DNA from: Gammaproteobacteria bacterium
GTDB taxonomy: Bacteria; Pseudomonadota; Gammaproteobacteria; Eutrophobiales; Eutrophobiaceae
Direction: 5' to 3'
Assembly: GCA_965222155.1 (NCBI GenBank)
Contig: CBDCTH010000012.1
Span: 64,001-128,000 of the forward strand
DNA: 64,000 nt
Part shown: positions 41,382 to 51,796 of the stretch, one piece after another
Layout: every line of letters starts with the position of its first letter
How positions within the stretch are numbered: the stretch's first letter is position 1
The notes under the pieces: model-generated
Databases searched by the model: none
What the model saw: the letters and a program-made list of their open reading frames with translations, nothing else
Told to the model about the DNA's origin: nothing
Position numbers and translations under genes: made by a program

Positions 41382-44300
41382 CTAAAATTCGCGATCTTCC
41401 TGGATTATTGCCGCTTCGATCCGACCACTCAGGTAATCAATATATTTTCCCAACCATAGCTGGATTCCGGGAGATGGGATTTCTGACATCCAGCGCCTGG
41501 CGGCATCCCGTTTTTTTGATAGGTATATGCTATCAGGTCCCGTCCATCCGCCCATATAAAAATGCACGCAAAGGCTGCCGGCGATGCGATCATCATCACA
41601 GAATTCTTCAATAAATAAGCGTGTCAATTGACCACCGGCGTTTTCATCAAGGGTTTTCGGTAATACTTCTTGAATTAACCGGAGTCGGTTCTCTATGTCT
41701 GAGTTAATCCAGTCGATAATATCTTCTGCTGGCATGTAGTTAATGGCGCTGTGTTTCGGGTTATCTTCAAATCCAATATCCCCTAACCAGCTGATTAACT
41801 CATAATGATTCTTTGACTCAGATATCAGGAGTTCTGATACGATTTCCCATGCTTCATGGGGGTGGTCCTTTACAATATCAGAGGCGATGTTGTAAACAGT
41901 ATTTCGATAATGAAAAATTCTCCCTATATCGCTCATAATTTCCTTGAACAGATCCATATTCCGGTCAGGATGTTTCTTAAGAAAGCCTTTTGCTATTTTA
42001 TCCCAGTAAAACCCATACATCTGATCATAATCATCGCTGGAGGGCACTGCAGTCAGTACTTTAAAAATCAGATATTCAGGAAAATCGTCCGTGCAGTCCT
42101 CATGAAAATAATAATTGTAGACATACTGCGTACAAATATTGATTGAAGTGCCGTCAGCATGGTGCAGGAGTGCGGTAATGACCTGATGAAGTAGATCACT
42201 TGATAAACTGGTTGTATTCTGTGTAATAATAAATCCACCAAAAGCCACTGGTTCTAATTTCCCGTCCTCAAACAGGGCCAGCATAGCTCGCATGATTGAT
42301 TCGGTAAGACTGGAATCCCGTATGCAATCAATTGCGATTTTGCGAGTTGTTTCATTATATAATAAGCGATGTAGCAGATTTTCCCAGCGCACGGCACTAT
42401 GTGTGCGAACGCCGGCAAGATAGCTTCCCAGGAATTGACCATTGCTATTGGGACTGGCGGATTCGATATAACTCATTATTGGTTCATCAAATTTCGCTTC
42501 GGCTAACTTCCCGCATTCCTTTCCCAACTCCGGCACTCGATATCCGGATGCCTTGACCAGTCTTGGTATATGCTCAGAAAATACGGTAAGGTCCTTCATA
42601 TATTCTTCAGCTAAATCTTGTACTCGTTTGCCGGGTAGTTGTGCTTCCTTAAGTTTTTCCCCACGGGATATATGATCTTCTTCCCAGTTGATATACAGGA
42701 CATAGCGGCAGGTTCTTTCCCATAGTGAGGTGCCGGTTAATACGCTATCCAGTTGTCGGATTCTGGCAAGTGTTTTTTTATCAAGGGGAGCGCTATTTCG
42801 GTGGAGTTGCCGGATAACAAATTGAATCAAAGGGCGACGATTTATTTCTTTGTCGTCAGCAAGCTCAAACAGGATGTCCATTACTTCACCCACCATCGCT
42901 TTGTTATGCACAAACCCACTGGCGGCGCCAACGAATATCTCAGCAACCCGATTCCGATCATCTGCATCAAACCCTTTCATTTCAGCGCGTAGAAATTGTA
43001 ATACCTGGCGCCAATAATCGAATAACTCACCGTATGTCTTGGGGCGCCAGAATTCGATGGCCGGTTTTAGTCCCTGGTACTCAGCGCCAATCATCCGATA
43101 ACCTCCATGCGTCTTTAGCCATTCTTTGCACATTTCCAATCCAAGTGAACGACGACTGGCATCGTCACTCATGACCAGGTCTCGTAAGATTGAAAAGCGC
43201 TTGGACGGTGGCGCCTGTGTCGGCGCCCACCCCGGCCGGACCTGGAATAAACTGAGTAGTAGCTCCTTTGAGTTATTGGAATAGCCAGCATTTTCTGCCA
43301 GTGCCATGGGAATTAGTACAGACACCGCACGGGCAAACAAGTCATCCCATACCGCAATTTTTTCCAAGGCCCATACAATATCCTGGCAGCCGGTATTCCA
43401 GGCATACAGTTCTTCCTGTGACCATGTTTTAATCGTCCTTTCCAATAGGGCCACTGTTGCCCTCGGGTCAGCCTCAGACAGATAGTTCAGGAACCGTAAA
43501 CCGACTTCCGACTTTAAGAAACTCTGATCAGAGAATGGTCCGGTAGTTGATAATATATTTTTGACAACCTTTTTTGCTTGTGGCGCTTCTTGGGCGTAGA
43601 TAAACAATTCTAAAAACCATCGTTTCATACTCTTGGGAACCAGTCCCAGGAAATGCTGAAATTGAAATCCGTGACCATGATTCTTCCAAAATTGTACCCA
43701 TAGGTGTACATGTAACATTTTTGGCACAATGAACAAGGTGTGACGTCCTTGCAGTATGCGTTTGTCTCGATAGTACTGCACAATGACTTGAAATCGGCCC
43801 CAGGTAATCATTGGGTCAACTTGTTTAACGAGGTCGGAAATAAATTCAGCCTCAGCATCCACCGGTACTTCAAACCCAAATCGCTGAAATAATGCAATAT
43901 GACGCAGGACGATTCGATGTTGCGCCGCTTCGTTGCTTGCCATCTCTTTGTGCCCGATAATATATCGATCCCATACGTCAACATCGGCAGGTGCTTTCAG
44001 TAAGTCATCGGGATTACTTTTCAGATTTTCACCGAGCAGGTGGGCAACGCGCGGAGACCCACCGCACCACTTTGCCCAATTACTTAAATCCACCTGTTGT
44101 TGGAGATAGCTGAACAGGATATTTTTGATTTGTTCTTCTGGAAGTTGCGGACAGTGATATATCCGCATGGCGCTGTCGTGGGTATTATCCGGGCCATGAT
44201 CAATCGTAATCAAATTAATGCTGCTACGACCCTTCAACGCTGACCAGATCGATACCCTGTCACGATTATCACAATCATCAATCACTAATGTGACGGAATA

Positions 44301-45461
44301 GGTTCTGTCGGGTTTGAGCAATTCATTGAATAATTTACTCGTTTGAAAATCTTCACCTGCCGACACATAGATGACCGATGGCCCTATTTCATCGACGTCT
44401 AATGCTTCAAGCGCCAGGCGGGTTTTTCCGATACCCGGTTCACCGATGATGCGGATATGTTGAACGGTATTTTCCTGCAGGGCCGTTCTTATCTCCTTGA
44501 TCAATTCTGCCTGTTCATTGCCGAGTTCCAGTACGCCCTGCATCTGGGCGTTATTTCGCCAGCCCTTAATGGGCAGAAAGCTGCCGTCATCCAGACCGAC
44601 CAAGTCACAGCAAAGAGAAGGGTATTTGTACAATTCACCGGCTATCTGTCCTTGTCCGTACACGCGTACCTTTGGATTGGTATAGCCACATTCCTTGAAC
44701 AAATCAGCCAGGTGAGTGGCTGCCTGCGAGTGTTGAATTGGAAGCAAATCATGGCCGAACGTGACGAGAACGTAAGTCCCGTCCTGTTCGAGGCAAGTCC
44801 TTACCTCACTCCCTAAGCGTTGCTTCGATGGAAAGGCACCTGATTTCCCAAGTAATTCTTTCTTCAAGGCGCTGGGTTGCCAGGGTTTAAAAGCCGGGCC
44901 TGTCTTGATTTGATAATACGTACTACCTTTTGCCAACAGAAAACCAGAGGTCGGTGAATTTTCTACCTTTGCGTCAATACCGCTGTCTGGTGCGTTGATA
45001 TTTGAAGACAGCACCACGTCTTTTGGACTAAGCCCGTTGGCGATGGCTTCACATCGTAACAGCCTGAGGAACAGGTTGGGGCCTTCCTGCGAGCCCAATT
45101 GGCCCAGCTGGCTCGGGGTGGGGGCAAATGTCGAATGTACAGGGGCAAGATTTAGATTTATCGAGGCTGATTCTGGATGAAGTTGCACAGCTTGTACATG
45201 TATGCTTACACGCAGACCGGCTTTTTTGGCTAGTGATACAAGGGCATCAAGACTGAATTTATCAATTCTGTCTTTGAGTAAATCGTTCAAACGAGGCTGA
45301 GTAATGCCTAGTGCCTTAGCCTTATCAGCCTGTGTCCCGCCGATATGTTTTTGTATGTGTTCCCGCAAGGCTGCCATCAGTTTTGTCCGTCCCGGCATGT
45401 CAGCGGATGATTCACGACGGGTTCTTGTGGCAGGTTGCTGTTTCTTTACAGTTTTTGTCAT
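41382..45461 (-). CDS. XRE helix-turn-helix + PD-(D/E)XK-like + P-loop NTPase + helical domain protein (putative defence)
   Basis: TQADKAKALGITQPRLNDLL...KFSLDALV; DSGIDA...YQIK; GEPGIGKT; LVIDDC. Confidence 0.75.
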   Translation of the reverse strand: MTKTVKKQQPATRTRRESSADMPGRTKLMAALREHIQKHIGGTQADKAKALGITQPRLNDLLKDRIDKFSLDALVSLAKKAGLRVSIHVQAVQLHPESASINLNLAPVHSTFAPTPSQLGQLGSQEGPNLFLRLLRCEAIANGLSPKDVVLSSNINAPDSGIDAKVENSPTSGFLLAKGSTYYQIKTGPAFKPWQPSALKKELLGKSGAFPSKQRLGSEVRTCLEQDGTYVLVTFGHDLLPIQHSQAATHLADLFKECGYTNPKVRVYGQGQIAGELYKYPSLCCDLVGLDDGSFLPIKGWRNNAQMQGVLELGNEQAELIKEIRTALQENTVQHIRIIGEPGIGKTRLALEALDVDEIGPSVIYVSAGEDFQTSKLFNELLKPDRTYSVTLVIDDCDNRDRVSIWSALKGRSSINLITIDHGPDNTHDSAMRIYHCPQLPEEQIKNILFSYLQQQVDLSNWAKWCGGSPRVAHLLGENLKSNPDDLLKAPADVDVWDRYIIGHKEMASNEAAQHRIVLRHIALFQRFGFEVPVDAEAEFISDLVKQVDPMITWGRFQVIVQYYRDKRILQGRHTLFIVPKMLHVHLWVQFWKNHGHGFQFQHFLGLVPKSMKRWFLELFIYAQEAPQAKKVVKNILSTTGPFSDQSFLKSEVGLRFLNYLSEADPRATVALLERTIKTWSQEELYAWNTGCQDIVWALEKIAVWDDLFARAVSVLIPMALAENAGYSNNSKELLLSLFQVRPGWAPTQAPPSKRFSILRDLVMSDDASRRSLGLEMCKEWLKTHGGYRMIGAEYQGLKPAIEFWRPKTYGELFDYWRQVLQFLRAEMKGFDADDRNRVAEIFVGAASGFVHNKAMVGEVMDILFELADDKEINRRPLIQFVIRQLHRNSAPLDKKTLARIRQLDSVLTGTSLWERTCRYVLYINWEEDHISRGEKLKEAQLPGKRVQDLAEEYMKDLTVFSEHIPRLVKASGYRVPELGKECGKLAEAKFDEPIMSYIESASPNSNGQFLGSYLAGVRTHSAVRWENLLHRLLYNETTRKIAIDCIRDSSLTESIMRAMLALFEDGKLEPVAFGGFIITQNTTSLSSDLLHQVITALLHHADGTSINICTQYVYNYYFHEDCTDDFPEYLIFKVLTAVPSSDDYDQMYGFYWDKIAKGFLKKHPDRNMDLFKEIMSDIGRIFHYRNTVYNIASDIVKDHPHEAWEIVSELLISESKNHYELISWLGDIGFEDNPKHSAINYMPAEDIIDWINSDIENRLRLIQEVLPKTLDENAGGQLTRLFIEEFCDDDRIAGSLCVHFYMGGWTGPDSIYLSKKRDAARRWMSEIPSPGIQLWLGKYIDYLSGRIEAAIIQEDREF

Positions 45462-45718
45462 ACCGACGTTTACCGAACAATAATAATGAGTTTAATTTCA
45501 AAAATTATATCAGTATAGATATAAAATATACAAGATATTCAGATAAATCCATCAAATAAGGATAAATGCAGAAATTATCTTGTTACTATTGTAATTATAG
45601 CTATACTAACAATTAGTTATAGTTAATTCATTTACTATCATTGTATGAATTGACCGATCCGATATTATAATTTCACTATTTAATATATTTTCAACGTTTG
45701 TTGATTGTTTATATTTTA

Positions 45719-46774
45719 ATGAAAAAAGAAGATATTCAAATTGAAGAAGCAAGATGGGTAATTTTATCCACTTTACAACGAATTCCGGAGTTAATGGATA
45801 TCCGGGTTGACCTGGAAACCTGGACAGAGAAGTATAGAGCCGACCTCCTCGTCTCGTTTCGAAAACAGAACGACAGGAAGACCTTACTGGTTAAAATCGG
45901 AGCATCCGGTCAGCCCCGTTCAGCACGTGCCGCCGTGAACCAGTTGATAATACTTCGACAGAATCGACCTGGTGGCTATGGTGTATTTGCTGCGCCGTAT
46001 ATCTCTGATGCCTCAGCCGAGATATGTAAGAGTAGTGGGGTCGGCTATATCGACTTCTCCGGCAATTGCTGGTTACATTTCGACTCGATATTTATAGAGA
46101 TAAAGGGAAATCCTAATCGTTTTCTTCGAAAAAGCGGGCTCAAGTCGTTGTCCAAACCCAAAGCCGAGCGAATACTGCGTGCTTTGTTATGTGAACCGGG
46201 CCGTCAGTGGTTGGCAATGGAACTCGCCGAAGCAGCCGATGTCAGTATCGGTCAGGTTTCTAACGTTCGCAAGCTGCTGCTGGAGCGTGAATGGATACAG
46301 GATCAGAAACGAGGGATCAAGCTGACGGAGCCTTTCCAACTGCTTGCTTCCTGGTTAACCGAGTATCAATCGGACCGGAATACTGTGTACGAGTTTTATG
46401 ATATGGGTTCGACAGGGGAAATTGAGTCAATGATCGGGGATTTCTGTAAACGGTCGCAGACTCGCTATGCCCTCACCTGTTTTTCCGGTGCGTCGCGTTA
46501 TGCGCCGTTTACAACCTATAGAACGGTGGCGGTTTATATGGATATTTCAGAGAGAAATATAAAGGAACTGCCATTCAAGCGGGTGACATCCGGCGCCAAT
46601 ATCAGGATTATTTCGCCCTATGATGACGGGGTATTTTACCGAACTCGTAATATACGGGGACAGTTCGTGGTATCACATGTACAGTGTTATCTTGATCTCA
46701 AGGATGAAAAGGCAAGGGGTGAAGAAGGGGCTGAAGCCTTGCTTGAACAGGTGATTAAGCCATCATGGCAATAA
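45719..46774 (+). CDS. type IV TA AbiEi-family antitoxin / wHTH regulator
   Basis: APYIS....C...GVGYIDFSGN, ELAEAADVSIGQVS, GANI...PYDDGVF, QCYLDL....RGEEGAE. Confidence 0.8.
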   Translation: MKKEDIQIEEARWVILSTLQRIPELMDIRVDLETWTEKYRADLLVSFRKQNDRKTLLVKIGASGQPRSARAAVNQLIILRQNRPGGYGVFAAPYISDASAEICKSSGVGYIDFSGNCWLHFDSIFIEIKGNPNRFLRKSGLKSLSKPKAERILRALLCEPGRQWLAMELAEAADVSIGQVSNVRKLLLEREWIQDQKRGIKLTEPFQLLASWLTEYQSDRNTVYEFYDMGSTGEIESMIGDFCKRSQTRYALTCFSGASRYAPFTTYRTVAVYMDISERNIKELPFKRVTSGANIRIISPYDDGVFYRTRNIRGQFVVSHVQCYLDLKDEKARGEEGAEALLEQVIKPSWQ

Positions 46775-47094
46775 CAAAGGTTGACTATCCCGAATTAACT
46801 GTCAGCGAAAAAAAGAAATTCTGAAGCAGCGTAATTATTGGATAAACCGAAACGTGGTCGAGTATCATGAGTAAAATATTGAATCCTTGGAATAACATCA
46901 AGTCCCGGTTGGCGGATTAACTCGTTAAAAAGTTAAGCGGGCTGCTGAAATGATGAGGAGAAAAGAATACAAGGACCCATCAGTACCTGTACAGTTGGCT
47001 GGAAGGAAACCATGAACAAAGTATCGCCTGCAAAGGGACAAAGCGCCGCTCTGGTTGCGGAGAATGTTGATTGACTGAAAGGGATGTATGAGAC

Positions 47095-48216
47095 ATGACA
47101 GAAAGTCAAACCGGACACCTGAAACGCATAGCCATCAAGGGCTTCAAATCTATCGGAGAACTGGAACTCAACATGCAGCCAGTCAATATACTGATTGGTG
47201 CAAATGGGGCGGGGAAAAGTAATTTCATCTCCGTGTTTACTTTTTTAAGCCATCTGTCCCAGGGAAAGTTACGAAATTATGTGGAAATGGAAGGCGGCGC
47301 GGAACGGTTTTTCCATTTCGGTACTCGCCAGACCCCCAGCATAACCATTGAACTCGAAGTTGAGAACAACGGCTATTACGTGGAATTTTCACCAAACCTG
47401 GATGATGATTCACTGGTCTTCAACAAGGAATACTGCACATTTGTCAGCTCTTCCAGGAAATGGCAGCTTTATCCGGCAAAAGGTGAAAGCGGTTTTGTAT
47501 CAGGTCAGCAGGCTGATAGTGGATCGGTAAAGTTTTACACGCGTAGCTAGCTTGAAAAATGTCGGATTTATCACTTTCACGACACCAGCAGCCAGGCACG
47601 ATTCAAGAAAAACAACCCACTGTCAAACGATTATTACCTGGAGAAAGATGCGGCGAATATCGCGACATTTCTCAATCGACTCAAGAATTGTGATGACAAT
47701 GATTACAGGAACTCATACCAACAAATAGTTTCTGCGGTCAAAGCTGTAGCGCCATTTTTTCATGACTTTTATTTGCAACCGACTGGCAACAGTGGAGATG
47801 AAAATATCCTCTTGCGCTGGACCCATGCACAGCATGAGTCGCCTTTCAGCGCGAATGTCCTGTCCGATGGAACCGCGCGCTTCATATGCTTGGCGACACT
47901 ATTTTTACAGCCGGAATCATTGAGACCCGGCACCATAATTCTGGATGAACCGGAGCTTGGCCTGCACCCTGCCGCACTGGATGTGCTGGCAGATATTATC
48001 CATGCGACAGCAAGGAAAACACAGGTAATTTGCTCTACGCAGTCAATCGCTTTTGCTAATCTTTTTACTGCAGAATCATTTATTGTGACTGATGCCGAGA
48101 AAGGCGTATCGCATTTCAGACGTCTTGATGATGACAGCCTGAAGCATTGGCTGGCAGAATACGGCATCGGCGACGTATGGGCTAAAAACCTGATTGGAGG
48201 TCGCCCGGCATGGTAA
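47095..48216 (+). pseudogene. ABC/AAA_21-type ATPase with one in-frame amber codon at 47548-47550
   Basis: IKGFKSI, GANGAGKSN; the same frame continues LEKCRIYHFHDTS...LSDGTARF...ILDEPELGLHP...STQS. Confidence 0.88.
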
Positions 48217-48437
48217 GGCTGGCCATATCAGTGGAAGGCTCTACAGAAGAACGTTTTATGAAGCTGGTAATTGTCCCGTATTTGGAGAAACATAAAATAT
48301 TTGCTACGCCCTTGCTGATTAGTAAAAACGGTGGCGATGTTTCTCTATCACGCATTAAAAAGGATTTGAATAACCTTGCGCGCAGTTTTGATAAAGTTAC
48401 GACATTTTATGACTTTTACGGATTCCATGGCAAGGAA
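48210..48437 (+). pseudogene. DUF4276-family protein, N-terminal part
   Basis: MVRLAISVEGSTEERF...VTTFYDFYGF; cut at the 38-bp direct repeat. Confidence 0.8.
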
Positions 48438-49366
48438 GAGTATTTTCCAACATGAAATGAGCCTGAAGGCGGGACTGTCGCAGACAGGCGTTCGGTGTTC
48501 TGAGTGATGCCGATACGTCAAGACGGGCGGGAGAGGGCTGATCATAGCACTACAAGCACGCTGTTTAAAGGATCAGGGACCAGGGGGATCCGGCGCGCGA
48601 CACGTTGAATAAAAGATTGCCTGGCTGGTATTACATAATGCGGGCGATCACAGTCTGATCATGGCGGGCTTATCTCAATGACATGATCGCAATCTATTGT
48701 CAGCGCTGTGGCACGCGCCAGCGACTGAAAGCTGCAGCGTAAACAGCGGGACGGCTATGTATCATAGATAATACAAAGCGGGCTGATCACTCTGTTCCAC
48801 AGGCGGGCTGCTTTGAAAATTATCCTATCCAAGCCGTCTATTTAACTGGCCTGAAACCGTTGTCGATATGGACAGGGTCATCACTGGCGGGCTGTCATAA
48901 GAAATGTGCGGCCTGGTAATAAAGTTAATGTTGTGACCGCCTGTCCGACGAACTCAATGGTGGATATCGGGGGGGGGGGGGGTCAAAATGCCCTCCTCCC
49001 CCCGTTACTGTACTTTCGGGGTCGAAAATACAGTAACACTTTTGCACGGCTGTTTTTAAGCCCTCCTGAAGCCAACCAGACCACTTGCCCGCTGTTCAAC
49101 GGCACACCCGTTTTTCTGCCCGCAAATCTCGTCCATTTCCTGCCTGTGCCGTCCCCGTTCCTCACCCACACCTACCGGGCCCGCCTGAGACGTGAAACAC
49201 GCACAAAGCGAACCCACAGGAACAGGGCTCTTATCGTACCGCTACAGGGTCTCAACGGTGCCTGCCGGGACGTCTGTTGCATTCCATCGTTGTTCTCTAT
49301 AGCGTAGTCTGCTTTAACCCCTGCCGGTGCTGGCGCTCAAAATTTCCGAGGCCACTAACAGATATA

Positions 49367-49395
49367 TTGACAGTATTGATACATTTCGCTATAAT
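49367..49395 (+). promoter_or_regulatory. consensus sigma70 promoter
   Basis: TTGACA-N17-TATAAT upstream of the AbiE pair. Confidence 0.8.
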
Positions 49396-49421
49396 ATATG
49401 TTAATTAACAGTGCTGATGCC

Positions 49422-49958
49422 ATGAAACAGATTGACGCCATTCATCACTTCATGCGCCTGGACGACAGGGAAGGCGCCCATGTCTTCACGAAGAACGACC
49501 TCAGAGCGATTTTTGCCGATGACGAGCCCGCCCTGAATGCAGGCATTAATAGGCTGGTCAAAAGCGGTGTGCTGCAGCGTGCGGTAAACGGCGTGTATGT
49601 CAATGCCCTGTCGCCGAACCGCGGGGGTCACACCCTGGAGCATATTGCCGCGGCGATGCGCCGTAGCGAGTACAGTTATGTCAGCCTGGAGTCCGCCCTG
49701 TCCGAGTACGGCGTTATCTCGCAGATCCCGATGGTTATGACCGTCATGACCACCGGCCGAAGGGGCGACTACGAAACGCCCTACGGGGTCATTGAGTTTA
49801 CGCATACGGCGCGGCCCACGCCGGACGTGATTAACGGGACGGTCGACGCAGGGCGCCCGCTCAGACTGGCGACCAAGCAGACGGCCTACCGGGACCTGAA
49901 GCGCGTGGGGCGAAACCTGGACCTGGTTGATGAGGAAGCGCTCCATGAAGAGGACTGA
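49422..49958 (+). CDS. AbiEi-family (MosA-like) antitoxin
   Basis: SYVSLESALSEYGVISQIP, TVMTTG..G...TPYGVIEFTHT, A.RDLKRVGRN. Confidence 0.85.
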   Translation: MKQIDAIHHFMRLDDREGAHVFTKNDLRAIFADDEPALNAGINRLVKSGVLQRAVNGVYVNALSPNRGGHTLEHIAAAMRRSEYSYVSLESALSEYGVISQIPMVMTVMTTGRRGDYETPYGVIEFTHTARPTPDVINGTVDAGRPLRLATKQTAYRDLKRVGRNLDLVDEEALHEED

Positions 49959-50871
49959 CAATACCCTCAACGCCTTGGTTGACATGGCCGTGAGAGACGG
50001 CCATGACGAGAACAGCCGCCCCGTCATCCAGAAGGAATTGCTCCACTATGACATCCTGTTTTACTTGAAGCAATCCGGCCTGCTGAACGACCTGGTTTTT
50101 CAGGGCGGTACATCCCTGCGGTTGTGCTACGGCTCCGCCCGGTACAGCGAGGATTTGGATTTCGTTGGCGGCAGGGATTTCAGCTCGTCCTCGCTAACTG
50201 AGCTGAAAAGCCTTATTGAAGAGTACCTAAGCGAAAGATATGGCCTGGAGGTCACAGTCAAGGAGCCAGCCACGCTGAAAGCGGAGGAACCGGCACATGC
50301 GGCACTGAACGTCGACAAATGGCAGGTGTCTGTGGTCACCGAACCGGGGCGACCGGATTTGCCGAGACAGCGCATCAAGATTGAGGTCGCCAACATCCCG
50401 GCCTACACGTGTGAAGATCTGCAACTGAACGCCAATTACCGGTTCCTGCCGGACGGCTACAAAACCGTAAGGATTGGAGTGGAAGCAATGGATGAGATCA
50501 TGGCCGACAAGCTGGTTGCGCTGGCGGCCTCACAGAAATACGTACGCTACCGAGATATCTGGGATCTGGTATGGTTGAAGCAGATGGGCTGCACTGTTCG
50601 GCCTGACTTGGTGGAGTGCAAAATCGAGGACTACGGGGAGACCGATTATCAGGCACAGTTGGACCGGATCATCGACCAAGCCCCGTCCCTTATTGCTGAC
50701 GGAGCATTCGGGCGGCAGATGAGGCGGTTTTTGCTGAGAGAGACGTACAATCGCGCCTTTGGCGAGCCGGGATACGAACAGAGAGTCACCCAATCAATCA
50801 CAGGCATGTACAAGGAACTAAGGTCTAGGCTCTATTCTTCGCCTGTGGAGGATGTTTCCTACTCTCTGTAG
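49945..50871 (+). CDS. AbiEii-family (MosT-like) nucleotidyltransferase toxin
   Basis: KELLHYDIL, FQGGTSLRLCYG..RYSEDLDF, EIMADK, RYRDIWDL. Confidence 0.9.
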   Translation: MKRTDNTLNALVDMAVRDGHDENSRPVIQKELLHYDILFYLKQSGLLNDLVFQGGTSLRLCYGSARYSEDLDFVGGRDFSSSSLTELKSLIEEYLSERYGLEVTVKEPATLKAEEPAHAALNVDKWQVSVVTEPGRPDLPRQRIKIEVANIPAYTCEDLQLNANYRFLPDGYKTVRIGVEAMDEIMADKLVALAASQKYVRYRDIWDLVWLKQMGCTVRPDLVECKIEDYGETDYQAQLDRIIDQAPSLIADGAFGRQMRRFLLRETYNRAFGEPGYEQRVTQSITGMYKELRSRLYSSPVEDVSYSL

Positions 50872-51305
50872 GCGTGCTGAAAGCTTTTAACTGGCGCTGA
50901 CTGACTAATCGAAAAACAGCAGATTTGATACTGAATCATCCAGATCCGGGCTTGATTGCCAATTTTGAAGTAGATTAGTCTGACTTGTAATTTACCGGAT
51001 TATTCATTCAAACCTATGCAGGGAGGCGTTAAGGACAATGACCATAGACCCCGAATTACCCATCAGGCTCATCCTGGGACTTATTGATCTTTTTCCTGAA
51101 TTAGGCCCAAGTCAGTTGAGTGGAAAATAAATCTGTCTACTTTTTTTACATATTCTTTTGAAAGAAAATTGCATATCTTTTTCTTCCAAAAATAGTGGGT
51201 GTCCAAGTTCAATACATATTAAACAAAGCTTATGTTGGCGAAGACCGTATCAGGCAGTTTGTGTGAGTAGATAATGATACGCTCTGTACAATAGATGCAC
51301 CCACG

Positions 51306-51443
51306 TGCCATTCCCGCGCAAGTTTACCCCTGTATGGCGTTGAGCAGGGGCGGGAATCCAGTCAATAAACCTTTCTTATGATAAGGAATAAGTTGTCCAC
51401 TGGATTTCCGTTCTTTGGAATTCTGGGGACACGATACCTAATT
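51306..51443. repeat. Degenerate palindromic repeat plus GAATTCTGGGGACA element end
   Basis: CATTCCCGCG...GCGGGAATCCAGT...CTGGATTTCCG; GAATTCTGGGGACA also at 6092. Confidence 0.5.
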
Positions 51444-51796
51444 ACCGTTTGTTTCACTCAGGCCTTACCTTTCTCCCCTCCCATCCAATATCCCGTGAAT
51501 TAAGTAGGGGTTGCTGGCGCCCGCGGCGGTACCCTGATCACAGCTGCCCGGTGTGGACCCGCAGATCCCGACCCCCCGGGTGCATGGGGTATCGTCTGCA
51601 AAACTGGACCAAACGAACGCATGCCGCTTCATTCCGTTGAAAAACGGACATCCAATCTAATCCTGACGGTTAATATAACTGTTTGAGAGTATACTGGTTA
51701 TTATGAATATTTATTAATGTGTTTGATTGTTTACTAATCATACAAACTGTCAGCAAAAAATCCGAACGGCTTGATATTCAACAATACCAGACTGGC

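Noticed and set aside
48969-48982. G14 tract as a phase-variation switch
   Set aside because: It is not within a credible CDS or promoter spacer, and homopolymer length may be a sequencing artefact.
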